64,000 nt of DNA from Squalus acanthias (Eukaryota): assembly GCA_030390025.1 (NCBI GenBank), contig CM059427.1:196726001-196790000 (forward strand), read 5' to 3'. Shown here one piece after another: positions 25,149-36,910 of the stretch. Numbering within the stretch: position 1 is the stretch's first letter; every line of letters begins with the position of its first letter. A program made the position numbers and the translations under genes. The notes below the pieces were generated by a model, which worked only from the letters and a program-made list of their open reading frames with translations, was not told where the DNA came from and did not search any database.

Positions 25149-27604
25149 CTCACTGTTTACAGTGTTCTTGTAGTTTAAATTCCGGAGAACTTCTTCATTC
25201 CCACTCGTGGAGTTATTCTTGCGTGTAGATGACCTGTACATGTTAGGAAACATGGCGTCTCTCTTTGCCGTACCTGAAGTCGAACACGTGTCATAGCGGA
25301 AGCTTTGAGAAAGTGGATCGCCCCCAAACACTTCGACATAGTTCGGAACTATTTCAAGATTTCTGCTGGCTTTTTGAATTCCATTCAACGAATTTCGTGC
25401 TTCGAAGCAACAACACGTGTCCAGGTAACCATTATGGGCACCAAACCGGTTTCTGTTTTTATGAACCTTAAGGGCGAGGATAATTAAAACCACGAGAAAA
25501 ATAGACGAGGTTATTCCTAACGATATGACTAAGAAAAGGCTGATGTCACCAAAGGACCCTGGATCCTCAGACTGAATGCTCACGTCGGAAAGCATTTCCG
25601 TATCACCGTCTGTCAGTGATAAGATGATTGTCATTGAAGCTGAAAGCGGGGGTGAACCATTGTCTTTTGCACCGATGACCAATCTTTGCTTTGTGCCGTC
25701 TTTGCTCATAATGCCACGGATTGTCCAGATTTCGCCTGTATCCGGCGAAATGGTAAAAAGTCCAGGGTCAGTCGTCTGGAGAATCTGGTAAGAGAGGCGA
25801 GCATTCTGGCCAGAGTCGGCATCAGTGGCCGACACCTTGGCAACTAGATAGCCAGGTTCTGCGAATCGAGATACTGTCTCTGTTACTGTAGATCCATACT
25901 CGGGTAATGGATGCTCGATCACCGGAGCATTGTCATTCTGATCAAGGATAATTACCTCCACCGAGACGTTGCTGGAGAGTGGTGGGACTCCAGAGTCCGT
26001 AACCTGAACTTGGATCTGAAAATTTTTGAGGTTCTCGTAGTCAAAAGATCTTTGAGAAAATATGACGCCCTTTTCTGATTGGATGTAGACGTAATTGAAC
26101 ACTGACTCACCCTGAACCTGAGTCGATCTGATGGAATAGTTTAGCCGAGAGTTCTGGTTTAAATCTGGATCAAAAGCTGTCACTGAAAAGATAGACGCTC
26201 CAATAACATTGTTCTCCATCACGTAAGCTGTATATAAAGGCTGTGCAAAGCGGGGCGCATTATCATTTATATCCGAAACCTCCACCAGGATGACTTTCTT
26301 GGATGTGAGGGGAGGAGACCCTGAATCACTGCAGAGGACAGTGACTTCGTACCTCGAGATATTTTCACGATCAAGTACCTGTTGTGTGCGCAATGTTAAG
26401 TATTTCTTGGAGGATGAATCCAGTTGAAAAGGAAAGTTATCTGTGACTAAACATTCAACCCGCCCACTTTCTCCTGAATCTTTGTCTGTTGCACTGATTA
26501 GAGCTACAACTGTCCCGGGCACCGAGTCTTCAGGAACTGGACTGAACAGGGTAGAGACAGTCACCTCAGGGGAGTTATCATTTATATCCACAAGCTGAAC
26601 CAGCACATGACAATAAGCAGGAATTGCGTGAGGTCCCTGTCCATTGCTTGCGCAATGATCTCAAAAACACTGTTCTCTTCATAGTTTAAATTTCGCTTGA
26701 CTCTGATTTCACCAGTTTTGGAATCCAGTCCAAACAGCTCACGGACTCTAACTGAGGTATGGCGACTGAAAGAGTAAACAATCTCTCCATTGGAACCATC
26801 ATCCAAATCAGTGGCATTTACTTTGATCACCAATGTTCCTTTGGGTGTATTTTCCAACAGACTAACCCTGTAAATAGACTGGGAGAACACAGGCGTGTTG
26901 TCGTTCACATCTTGTACACTGATTAATATTTGTGCAGTTCCAGACCGCTCAGGGACTCCGCCGTCTTTGGCAATCAGCACTAACCTGTGACTAGATGTCT
27001 TTTCTCTATCCAGTGGCCTTTCCAAAACTAACACTGGCTCATCTTCATTCCCATTTCGTCTCTCAAGATATAAAGCGAAGTATTCGTTGGCAACTAGCTC
27101 GTACGATTGCAGGGAGTTGGTTCCGACGTCTGGGTCGTGCGCGCATTCAAGGAGATATCGCGTTCCTGGTGCGGCCAGCTCGGAGATTTCAAGGCGGAAC
27201 TGGCTTTTTGGAAAAGTAGGAGCATTGTCATTTACATCCAGAATATTCACTTCAACATCGGACAGACTGAAAGGATTTTCGATCACTGTTTCTAAAGGTA
27301 GCACACACTTCTCGCTCGGCCCACAGAGCTGTTCTCTGTCAATCTTCTCTTTTACAAATAAATTACCATTGTTCAAATTTACGTCGAAATACTGCTTCGT
27401 GGACCCAGGCACAATCCGAAAGCTGCGAGCTTTGAGCTCCTTCAGGACTAAACCCAAATCGTCTGCGATATTCCCAACAAAGGCGCCCAGTTGCAGTTCT
27501 TCAGGAATTGAATAGCGAATCTGTCCAGAAATTAGATCCCAGAAGGAGCATACACAGTACAACAGTGACCATTTTAACAGCCAGTGTCGTTTATAATATC
27601 TCAT
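25149..27604 (-). CDS. Clustered protocadherin variable exon V4; one 1-bp frameshift near 26638
   Basis: ORFs 26582..27625 and 25134..26606 join if GAC AG GGA is read GAC AAG GGA as in paralogs; ATG 27604; donor GT at 25148-25147. Confidence 0.9.
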
Positions 27605-27639
27605 CTCCAGCACAAAGCATCCCAATTGTTTCAGCCCGA

Positions 27640-28035
27640 CAGCGTGCTTCGGTAATTCCTTCGAATTAATTTACTTATTTTTCCCCGAGTGAAAGTAGCG
27701 GATTAGTAAAAATACCTGTGGGTTTACAAATCTGGAGATTGCTTCTGTGCCGATCTTCTTATTTCTGCGAAAAATCACCATTGGGTTCGAATGTAACGCC
27801 GCTCACAATGCTCACGGCCCGACGTTCAACACTAAACTGTGGCTGAACGTGCGCAATGGTGGATGGGAAGGGAAGGAGACAGTCAGGATCTCCAGTCACA
27901 TTGCAGCTTCTGATTGGTGGATGGAACATAATCACAAACACCCAATCAGGCTTCCGAGCATTTCTTAAAGCTGGAATGTCTCGGAAAATCTCTGCATCCG
28001 TTTCACATTTATGGTTGCTCAATCAAAAATGCAAC
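27640..28035 (-). promoter_or_regulatory. V4 promoter (variant CSE near 27818; CCAAT pair 27913/27942)
   Basis: Same motif array; nearly identical to the V5 and V6 promoters. Confidence 0.8.
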
Positions 28036-28106
28036 CAAACCGTATTTGCAAAAAGTTTTGTGGATTACATTTCGCTGCTAATATATCGTTTAACATTAGT
28101 ATATAG

Positions 28107-31100
28107 ATACATAGATACATAGAAGATAGGAGCAGGAGTAGGCCATCCGGCCCTTCGAGCCTGCTCCGCCATTTAATGAGATCATGGCTGATCCTTCAAT
28201 TCAGTATCCCGTCCCCGCCTTCTCTCCGTAACCCTTAACCCCTTTTGCCTGTAGAAATATATCTAATTCCCTCTTAAATATATTTAATGAGCTGGCGTAC
28301 ACTGCCCTCTGTGGCAATGAGTTCCACAGGTTCACCACTCTCTGAGTGAAGAAATTCCCCCTCATTTCTGTCCTAAATGGTTTAGCCCTTATCCTTAAAT
28401 TATGTCCTCTAGTTCTGTTCTCACCCGCCAAGGGAAACATTCCTTCTGCATCTAATCTGTCTAGACCTGTCAGAATTTTATACACTTCTATGAGGTCCCC
28501 TCTCAATCTTCTAAACTCCAGTGTGTACATCCCTAAACTACATAGTCTCTCCTCATAGGTCAATCCCGCCATTCCTGATATCAGCCTGGTGAATCGCCGC
28601 TGCACCCCCTCCATGGCAAGAACATCTTTCCTCAGATGAGGCGACCAAAACTGTACACAGTACTCGAGGTGTGGTCTCACCAGTGCCCTGTACAGCTGCA
28701 GCAAGGTATCCCTGTTCCTGTATTCCAACCCTTTTGCTATGAAGGCCAGCATACCGTTTGCCTTCTTGACCGCCTGTTGCACCTGCATGCTCGCCTTCAG
28801 TGACTGGTGTACAAGAACACCCAGGTCTCTCTGTACTTCCCCCTCTCCCAATTTATTGCCATTTAAATAATAATTTGCCCTCCCGTTCCTGCACCCAAGG
28901 TGGATAACTTCGCACTTGTCCACATTATAGTGCATCTGCCATTTATCCGCCCAATCACCCAGTCTGTCCAAATCGCTCTGGAGCTTCCTGGTCTCCTCCT
29001 CTGAGCCCACCCCCCCTCCTAGTTTAGTGTCGTCTGCAAATTTGGAAATGCTGCATTCGACTCCCTGATCCAGGTCATTAATATAAATTGTGAACAGCTG
29101 GGGACCCAGGACAGATCCCTGTGGTACCCCACTTGTTACTGCCTGCCATTCAGAAAATGAGCCGTTTATTCCAACTCTCTGTTTTCTATCTGACAGCCAG
29201 TTCTCTATCCACGTCAATATTTTCCCCTTTATTCCATGAGCTTCAATTTTCCATGCTAATCTTTTATGTGGGACCTTATCGAAGGCCTTTTGGAAGTCCA
29301 GGTACACCACATCTACTGGCTCTCCCCCATCTATTTTACCAGTTACTCCCTCAAAAAATTCCAATAGATTAGTCAAGCACGATTTACCCTTTGTAAATCC
29401 ATGTTGACTCTGTCCTATCCTGTCCCCATTTGCTAAGTGCTCGGCTATTTCATCCTTAATGATGGACTCCAGCATTTTGCCCACAACTGATGTAAGGCTT
29501 ACAGGTCTGTAATTACCTGCTTTTTCCCTACCCCCCTTTTTGAATAGTGGGGTAACGTTAGCTACCCTCCAATCCATGGGCACTGTTCCCGAGTCTAATG
29601 AATTCTGAAAAATCATGCTTAGTGCATCCGCTATCTCTAGGGCCACCTCCTTCAGTACCCTAGGATGCATGTTATCAGGCCCTGGGGATTTGTCCGCCTT
29701 CAATCCCTTTAGCTTCCTTAACACCATATCCTTAGAGATATTGATTTGCGTCAGTTCCTCCTTTGCCAATGTCCCTATTTTCCCCGATATCCCAGGGAGG
29801 TTTTTTGTGTCTTCCTTCGTAAAGACTGACCCAAAGTATGCATTTAGTTGGTCTGCCATTTCCTTATTTCCCATTATATATTCCCCCGTATCTGACTGCA
29901 ATGGACCAACTTTGGTTTTCACCAGTCTTTTCCTCTTGATATACTTATAAAAGCTTTTGGAGTTAGTTTTTATTTTTTCCGCCAGCTTGCTTTCATAAGC
30001 TATTTTGCCCTTCTTGATTAAGCCCTTTGCCCTCCTTTGCTCTATCTTAAACTGTTCCCAATCTTCCGCTCTGGCGCGTTTTTTGGCTATTTTATACGCC
30101 CTATCTTTGGATTTTATGCTGTCTCTAATTTCCCCTGTTATCCACGGTTGAGTCACCTTTTTAGATTTCCTTTTATGCCAGATTGGTATAAACAATTTTT
30201 GCAATTTTGTCATTCTATCTTTAAATGCTTGCCATTGTTTATCTACCTCCAGTCCTCCCAGGAACGTTGTCCAATCAGACCTACTCAGTTCCCGTCTAAT
30301 GGCATCATAATTCCCCTTGTTTAAATTCAGGACCTGAGTCTCTGAGTCAATTTCTTCGCTCTCCATTTCGAGTGAGAAATCGATCATGTTATGATCGCTC
30401 TGACCCAAGGGTCCCCGTACAACAAGATTACTAATTAGTCCCTTCTCATTGCACAGTACCCAGTCCAATATAGCCTGTTCCCGAGTTGGTTCCTCGACAT
30501 ATTGATCCAGATAACCATCCCTTAAACACTCAAGGAATTCCTCCTCCTCATTATTTTTACTGATTAGGCTAGTCCAATCTATATGTAAGTTAAAGTCACC
30601 TATGATGACAGCTGTGCTCTTATTGCACGCTTCTCTAATTTCCCTCGTGATGCCCTCCCCAACCTCTATTTTACTATTTGGAGGCCTATATACCACTCCT
30701 ATTAATGTTTTTCGCCCCTCGCTATTTCTTAGCTCCACCCATATAGATTCTGTATTAACTGAGTTAATATCCTTCCTTTCAATTGCATTTATCCCCTCTT
30801 TTACCAGCAATGCTACCCCTCCTCCCTTTCTTTTTTGTCGATCCTTCCTAAATACTGAATACCCCTGTATGTTAAGCTCCCAGCCCTGCTCACCCTGCAA
30901 CCATGTTTCCGTAATCCCAATTAGATCATAATTATTAACCTCCATTTCCACAGCTAATTCATCTACCTTGTTCCTGATGCTTCTCGCATTAAGGTATAAA
31001 ACCCTCAGGCTTTTTTTATGCTCACATTTTTTATGAATTAGTTTGGCCCTTTGTTTTTTGTTCCTCTCCTTTTTACCATTTATTTCTGTCTGCCTTTCAC

Positions 31101-31175
31101 TTTCCTCTATTTCACTACATGGGTTTCTAGCCCCCTGCCATACTAGTTTAAATGCTCCTGAACTGCTTTATCAAA
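28107..31175 (-). mobile_element. CR1-clade LINE, 5'-truncated at the end of ORF1, with intact ORF2
   Basis: ORF2 with endonuclease and RT; (CTATGTAT)n-type 3' tail near 28107; probable TSD atatag at 28101-28106 and 31176-31181. Confidence 0.95.
28201..31152 (-). CDS. CR1 ORF2: APE endonuclease plus reverse transcriptase; frame open well upstream of the first ATG
   Basis: [66 protein letters not shown]; no stop in frame from 31152 to 28201. Confidence 0.93.
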   Translation of the reverse strand, partial: FKLVWQGARNPCSEIEESERQTEINGKKERNKKQRAKLIHKKCEHKKSLRVLYLNARSIRNKVDELAVEMEVNNYDLIGITETWLQGEQGWELNIQGYSVFRKDRQKRKGGGVALLVKEGINAIERKDINSVNTESIWVELRNSEGRKTLIGVVYRPPNSKIEVGEGITREIREACNKSTAVIIGDFNLHIDWTSLISKNNEEEEFLECLRDGYLDQYVEEPTREQAILDWVLCNEKGLISNLVVRGPLGQSDHNMIDFSLEMESEEIDSETQVLNLNKGNYDAIRRELSRSDWTTFLGGLEVDKQWQAFKDRMTKLQKLFIPIWHKRKSKKVTQPWITGEIRDSIKSKDRAYKIAKKRARAEDWEQFKIEQRRAKGLIKKGKIAYESKLAEKIKTNSKSFYKYIKRKRLVKTKVGPLQSDTGEYIMGNKEMADQLNAYFGSVFTKEDTKNLPGISGKIGTLAKEELTQINISKDMVLRKLKGLKADKSPGPDNMHPRVLKEVALEIADALSMIFQNSLDSGTVPMDWRVANVTPLFKKGGREKAGNYRPVSLTSVVGKMLESIIKDEIAEHLANGDRIGQSQHGFTKGKSCLTNLLEFFEGVTGKIDGGEPVDVVYLDFQKAFDKVPHKRLAWKIEAHGIKGKILTWIENWLSDRKQRVGINGSFSEWQAVTSGVPQGSVLGPQLFTIYINDLDQGVECSISKFADDTKLGGGVGSEEETRKLQSDLDRLGDWADKWQMHYNVDKCEVIHLGCRNGRANYYLNGNKLGEGEVQRDLGVLVHQSLKASMQVQQAVKKANGMLAFIAKGLEYRNRDTLLQLYRALVRPHLEYCVQFWSPHLRKDVLAMEGVQRRFTRLISGMAGLTYEERLCSLGMYTLEFRRLRGDLIEVYKILTGLDRLDAEGMFPLAGENRTRGHNLRIRAKPFRTEMRGNFFTQRVVNLWNSLPQRAVYASSLNIFKRELDIFLQAKGVKGYGEKAGTGY

Positions 31176-31267
31176 ATATAGTCGTTATAATTTGGTTAAG
31201 TTAGCTAGAAAATCCTTAAATATACTTCTTTTGGCGTATCATAGCTGAGGAGTTGTTAAAACCTTAA

Positions 31268-33437
31268 ATGTGGCTAAGTAAAGAAATTAAGGATAGTATT
31301 CGATTAAAAACAAGGACTTATAAGGTAGCCAAATCTAGTGGGAGGATAGAGGATTGGGAAAACTTTAAAAGACAGCAAAAAATAACAAAAAGATTGATTA
31401 AGATAGGGAAGATAGATTATGAAAGTAAATTAGCAAAAAATATAAAAACAGATAGTAAGAGTTTTTATAGGTGTATAAAAAGAAAAAGGGTGGCTAAAGT
31501 AAATGTTGGTCCCTTAGAGGATGAGACCGGGAAATTAATGGTGGGAAATATGGAGATGGGAAATACACTGAATGAATATTTTGTATCAGTCTTTACAGTA
31601 GAGGACACTAAGAATATCCCAACACTGGACAAACAGGGGGCTATGGGGGGGGGGGGGGGGGGGGGAGGAGCTAAACACGATCAAAATCACTAAGAAAGTG
31701 GTACACGGTAAAATAATGGGACTCAAGGCGGAAAAATCACCTGGACCTGATGGCTTACATCCTAGGGTCTTGAGGGAAGTGGCGGTAGGGATTTTGGATG
31801 CATTGGTAATAATTTTCCAAAACTCCCTGGACTCAGACTGGAAAACTGCTAATGTAACACCCTTATTTAAAAAGGGCAGTAGACAGAAGGCTGGAAACTA
31901 TAGACCGGTTAGCCTAACATCTGTGGTAGGTAAAATTTTGGAGTCCATTATTAAGGAGACAGTAACGGGACATTTGGATAATCATAATTTAATAGGACAA
32001 AGTCAGCATGGTTTTATGAAGGGGAAGTCATGTTTGACAAATTTGCTGGAGTTCTTTGAGGAAGTAACACACAGGGTGGATAAAGGGGAACCAGTGGATG
32101 TGGTGTATTTAGACTTCCAAAAGGCATTTGACAAGGTGCCACACAAAAGATTATTGCTTAAGATAAAAAATCACAGGATTGGGGGTAATATTCTGGCATG
32201 GATAGAGGATTGGCTATCTAACAGAAGGCAGAGAGTTAGGATAAATGGTTCATTCTCAGACTGGCAATCAGTAACTAGTGGTGTTCCGCAGGGGTCAGTG
32301 CTGGGTCCCCAACTCTTTACAATCTATATTAACGATTTGGAGGAGGGGACCGAGTGTAACATATCAAAGTTTGCAGATGATACTAAGATGGGAGGGAAAG
32401 TAGTGAGTGAGGACGACATAAAAAATCTGCAAGGGGACATAGACAGGCTAAGTAAGTGGGCAGAGATTTGGCAGATGGAATACAATACTGGAAAGTGTGA
32501 GGTTATGCACTTTGGCAGGAAAAATAGTAGAGCAAGTTATTATCTAAATGGCAAGAAACTGGAAAGTACTGAAGTACAAAGAGATCTGGGGGTCCTGGTG
32601 CACGAAACTCAAAAGGTTAGTATGCAGGTGCAGCAAGTGATGAAGAAGGCCAATGGAATGTTGGCTTTCATTGCTAAGGGGATAGAATATAAAAATAGGC
32701 AGGTATTGCTTCAGTTGTACAAGGTATTGGTGAGACCGCACCTGGAATACTGCATACAGTTTTGGTGTCCTTACTTAAGAAAAGACATACTTGCTCTCGA
32801 GTCAGTACAAAGAAGGTTCACTCGGTTAATCCCGGGGATGAGGGGTTGGACATATCAGGAGAGGTTGGGTAGATTGGGACTCTACTCATTGGAGTTCAGA
32901 AGAATGAGAGGCGATCTTATTGAAACATATAAGATTGTGAAGGGGTTGGATCGGGTGGATGCGGGGAGGATGTTCCCGATGATGGGTGAAACTAGAACTA
33001 GGGGTCATAGTCTTAAAATAAGGGGCTGCTCTTTCAAAACTGAGATGAGAAGGAACTACTTCACTCAGAGGGTGGTAGGTCCATGGAATATGCTGCCCCA
33101 AAAAGCTGTAGAAGCTACATCATTACATAAATTTAAAACAGAAATAGACAGTTTCCTAGAAGTAAAGGGAATTAAGGGTTACGGGGAGCGGGCAGGAATT
33201 TGGACATAAGTCTAGTTTCGGATCGGTCATGGCCCTATGGGTAGCGTAGCGGGCCCAGGGGCCATGTAGCCTGATCCTGCTCCTATTTCGTGTGTCCAAT
33301 TCTGTTAGGTTCAGGAGATGGTTCTGTGATAGTAGATTGGCGGTTAGGATCAGATCAGCCATGATCTTATTGAATGGCGGAGCAGGCTCGAGGGGCCAAT
33401 TGGCCTACTCCTACTCCTAATTCTTATGTTCTTATGT
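31268..33437 (+). mobile_element. CR1-clade LINE, 5'-truncated (RT portion), frameshifted at a poly-G run
   Basis: ORFs 31268..31693 and 31698..33209 with RT motifs; ttcttatg repeats at the 3' end. Confidence 0.95.
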
Positions 33438-33439
33438 AA

Positions 33440-33775
33440 CAAGCTTTACTTCCTACCCTTTCCAGCGTTTAAAATACCTGCACGTTTTAATGCTGAACTG
33501 AGTATTTCTGTCATTTTCTCCAAGACATTAGATTCATACACAAAAAGAACTCTATGCCGTATTGCACATCTTGCCATTTAGTTTTGCAATATTTCTAATA
33601 GTGCGTAATGACAAAAGCGGGGTGTCATGATCTCCAGTCACCTTGCAGCTTCGCTTTAGTGAAAAAAAGAACTCATAGATTTAACGAATTACTATACTCA
33701 GCAAATCCTAAAGCTGGAGCATCTGTGTAATCCTTTGCACAATTCTATTGCTGTGCATTCAAAAATTCAAGCATT
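33440..33775 (-). pseudogene. Orphan decayed Pcdh promoter psi-B with no exon left
   Basis: Aligns with 41775-42105 and 23140-23425; both CCAAT boxes destroyed; a CR1 occupies the place of the exon. Confidence 0.75.
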
Positions 33776-34047
33776 CTTTTACTATATTACTTTGGAGTTT
33801 TCCATTCTTGTACTAAGCTCTTCTTCAAGAATAGTCTTACAGTAAATTTTCCAAAAGTCACCATAAAAGAACCCACTGCAAATATACATTTAAAAAATAC
33901 ACATCTTAATTCATTCTACACTTATCCGTCAAACCAATTCTTTTCGTTAGCACTGATTACATCGAACATAATTTAAATATTATGTTTGGTATGATCGTGG
34001 TTCTGTGACAGTGAACAGTTGGACCACTGCCTGCTGAGACCAATTTT

Positions 34048-34340
34048 AGGGAATAGATGGCACAGTGAATTAGCATATTGCCTTTTAGGACATAAATGCT
34101 AATTCAACTATTATTATTGGGATGATTTTTCTGTTTCTTCCGGATTTAAGAGTTTGATGTGAAATGAGTTTGGGCAGACTAAGCACAGTTACCAGTGGGC
34201 GAAATGCCGCTGCACAATGCTGCCTCTAATTTGGCACGCATTTGAAAACCTCACTCAGTGGTACCAAGACTAGAGGGTTAATGTGAAATGTCACACTGGA
34301 CCAGTGCTTTGAAGATGAGTTTGAGGCACCTATGCAAACA
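34048..34340 (+). mobile_element. LF-SINE-like relic
   Basis: gggaatagatggcacagtgaattag head plus the same body blocks. Confidence 0.6.
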
Positions 34341-35449
34341 AACAAGATGAGCATCACTGTGTATGTAAACTGTGCTATATTTGCCCTGGGAGTGCTTCAA
34401 AATGGAATTTGCTTGAAATAGAAAACAGATCCATTCTCCAATGCTAACTTCACTATGTTCCGAAAAAGCAGAATCACGAATAAATTTCAAATTAAATAGT
34501 GTTAGTTGTATTTCTTTCAGAATTAAATACAAAATTTCAGGAAAAATACTTGCTACTCTTTCTGAAAGCATCTAGCATGTACATAGCACTGCACCATGCA
34601 CCGAGCAGAATCAGCAATGTACTGATAATTGCTAATCTAACCTTACATATTATTTTGCAGCAGTTGTGCTTTCAGTTACACTTTTTCTCTCTGACAAGTT
34701 CCTAACGTTTTACACGTCGTAATTAAACAAATTGTAGCTAGCTCGTTTGAGGACACGTTCTTACGGTGCTGATAAGCCACTTAAAGATTTAGAAGTAATT
34801 AATTTTGTATGATTACAAACTCATTTTAGGGATAACACTATGCTTAACACAAAACGCTATTGTTGGAGAGGTGATCCTTCTTTCACTACTATGCTAAAAC
34901 CATTCTTGAGACTACAACTGAACTTCTCACTGTAAAACTTAAATGATGCCTTGTTTAGGGATAAATATCAGGCACAGAAAGAAGTTCAGATGTGCAACTT
35001 TAATCATATCTGCCATTTCTCTGTCATAAACTAGATAAAAATGAAACATTGTGCTCCAATACTTCAGAGGATGTCTGTACATCCAAAGTAATTTCAAAAG
35101 TGTTTTTTTTAGAATATCCTCGTCGCGCAGAATCAGCAATGAAGTACTGCTTGCAAATCCATCACTACATATGCGTTTGTTGCAGTTACGCATTTACTCA
35201 CTATTTTACTCTTACATCCTGAATTTTTACAAACAGTAGTTTAACAAAATACAGCTAGCTTCTGTGAGGGCATGTTCTTATGATGCAGATAAGCCACTTA
35301 AAGATTTTGAAAACATATTTGTGAATTAATACAAATGTATTCTTAGGAACAAAACAATAGTCATCCCAAAAAGCCTGTGTTTGATTGGTGATCCTTCTCT
35401 CACTACTGGCTCCAAACCTATCTTCTTCTCTGTTTTATATCTCTATATA

Positions 35450-36395
35450 GACAACAAAGTTAGGTGGCACAGTAAATCGTTTAGATGGGGGCAGAAAGTT
35501 GCAAAGGGACATTGATAGATTGCATGAGTGGACCAAATTGAGGGAGATGCAGATCAATATGGGCAAGTTTGAGGTTATCCACTTTGGACTGAAGGAAGAA
35601 AGAACAAAGTCTTTTCTAAATGGCGAGAGCTGGCAACTGTGGATCAGAAGAGAAATTTAGGGGTCCAAGTACAGAAATCACTAAAAGCTAGTAGACAGGT
35701 ACAAAAACTAATTTTAAAGGCTAATTAACAGTTGGTCTTTATCTCACGAGGGTTTGAATACAAAGGGATGGAATTTATGTTCCACCTGTAGAGAGCACTG
35801 GTTAGAGCACCCCCGCCCCCGCCCCTCATCTGGAGTGCTGAATTCAGTTCTGGGCACCATACCTCAGGAAGGATATATTAGCCTTGGAGAGGGAGCAGCA
35901 CAGATTTACCAGAATGATACCGAGGCTAAAACGGTTAAATTATGAGAATAGGTTGGATAGACTAGGCTTGTATTCACTTGAATATAAAATATTAAGGGAT
36001 GATCTAATTGAAGTGCTTAAGATGATTAAAGGAACTGATAAGGTAGATAGAGAGAATCTGTTATCTTTGATGGGAGAACAAGGGGGCATAAGCTGAAAAT
36101 TAGAACTAGATCCGTTAAGAGTGATGTCAGAAAGCACTACTTCACCCAAATAGGATTGGAAATCTGGAACTCTGCTCCCCCAAAACCTGTTGAGGCCGAG
36201 GGGCGAATTGAAAATTTCAAAACTGAGATTGATATGTTTTTCATATGCAAGGGTTAGAGAACTAGGTGGGTAGATGGAGTGTCAAGTGTTGTAGTTTATA
36301 GGTGAAAAGATGAGATGAATCAAATATGATGGAGTTAAGATACAGATCCGCCATGTTCTAATTGAATGCTGAATGGCCTCCTCCTGTTCCCATGA
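35450..36395 (+). mobile_element. Old CR1 3' fragment carried in the duplicated spacer
   Basis: Decayed DTKLGG..RFTRMIP..LGLYSLE remnants; same position as copies at 45650, 55540, 60525. Confidence 0.85.
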
Positions 36396-36910
36396 CCCTC
36401 ACAACTTTTCTATCAATTTTGTCCATATTATTGTGCTAATCATACTGCTCTATTTTCGTGCTTCTCGTAAACGTCAAGTATATAGCCACCACTCGTTCTT
36501 CTTCCTGAATTCAGATCAGTTGCATTGTCTCCTATTCTAACTCATTCTCATGCAGAACTTCAAAAGTGTGAAATATCTTGATGCTTTCAGTCTCTTTGCT
36601 ACTGTAATCTACGATAACCCAATCCTGGTGGCTTTTCGGCAATATTTGATTCATCTCATCTTTTCACCTATAAACTACGACACTTGACACTTAACCTAGA
36701 TCTCAATTTAAAATTCAAAGATGACTTGTTTAGGCGTAATTATTTTGAATATAATTAGCAAATTAAGTTCAGAGGTGGGACGATTATTCATATCTGCCAT
36801 TACTGGGCCAGCAACCAGAAAAAGACGGAATGTTTTGCTACAATACTTCAGCGGATGTCTGTAAACCCAAATGAAACGTCAAAGTGTTTTGGTTTTCAGA
36901 AGTACCTCAC

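Noticed and set aside
27747-28122. ORFs over the V4-V6 promoters that look conserved between copies
   Set aside because: Result of recent promoter duplication; lengths and starts are inconsistent and no domain is recognisable
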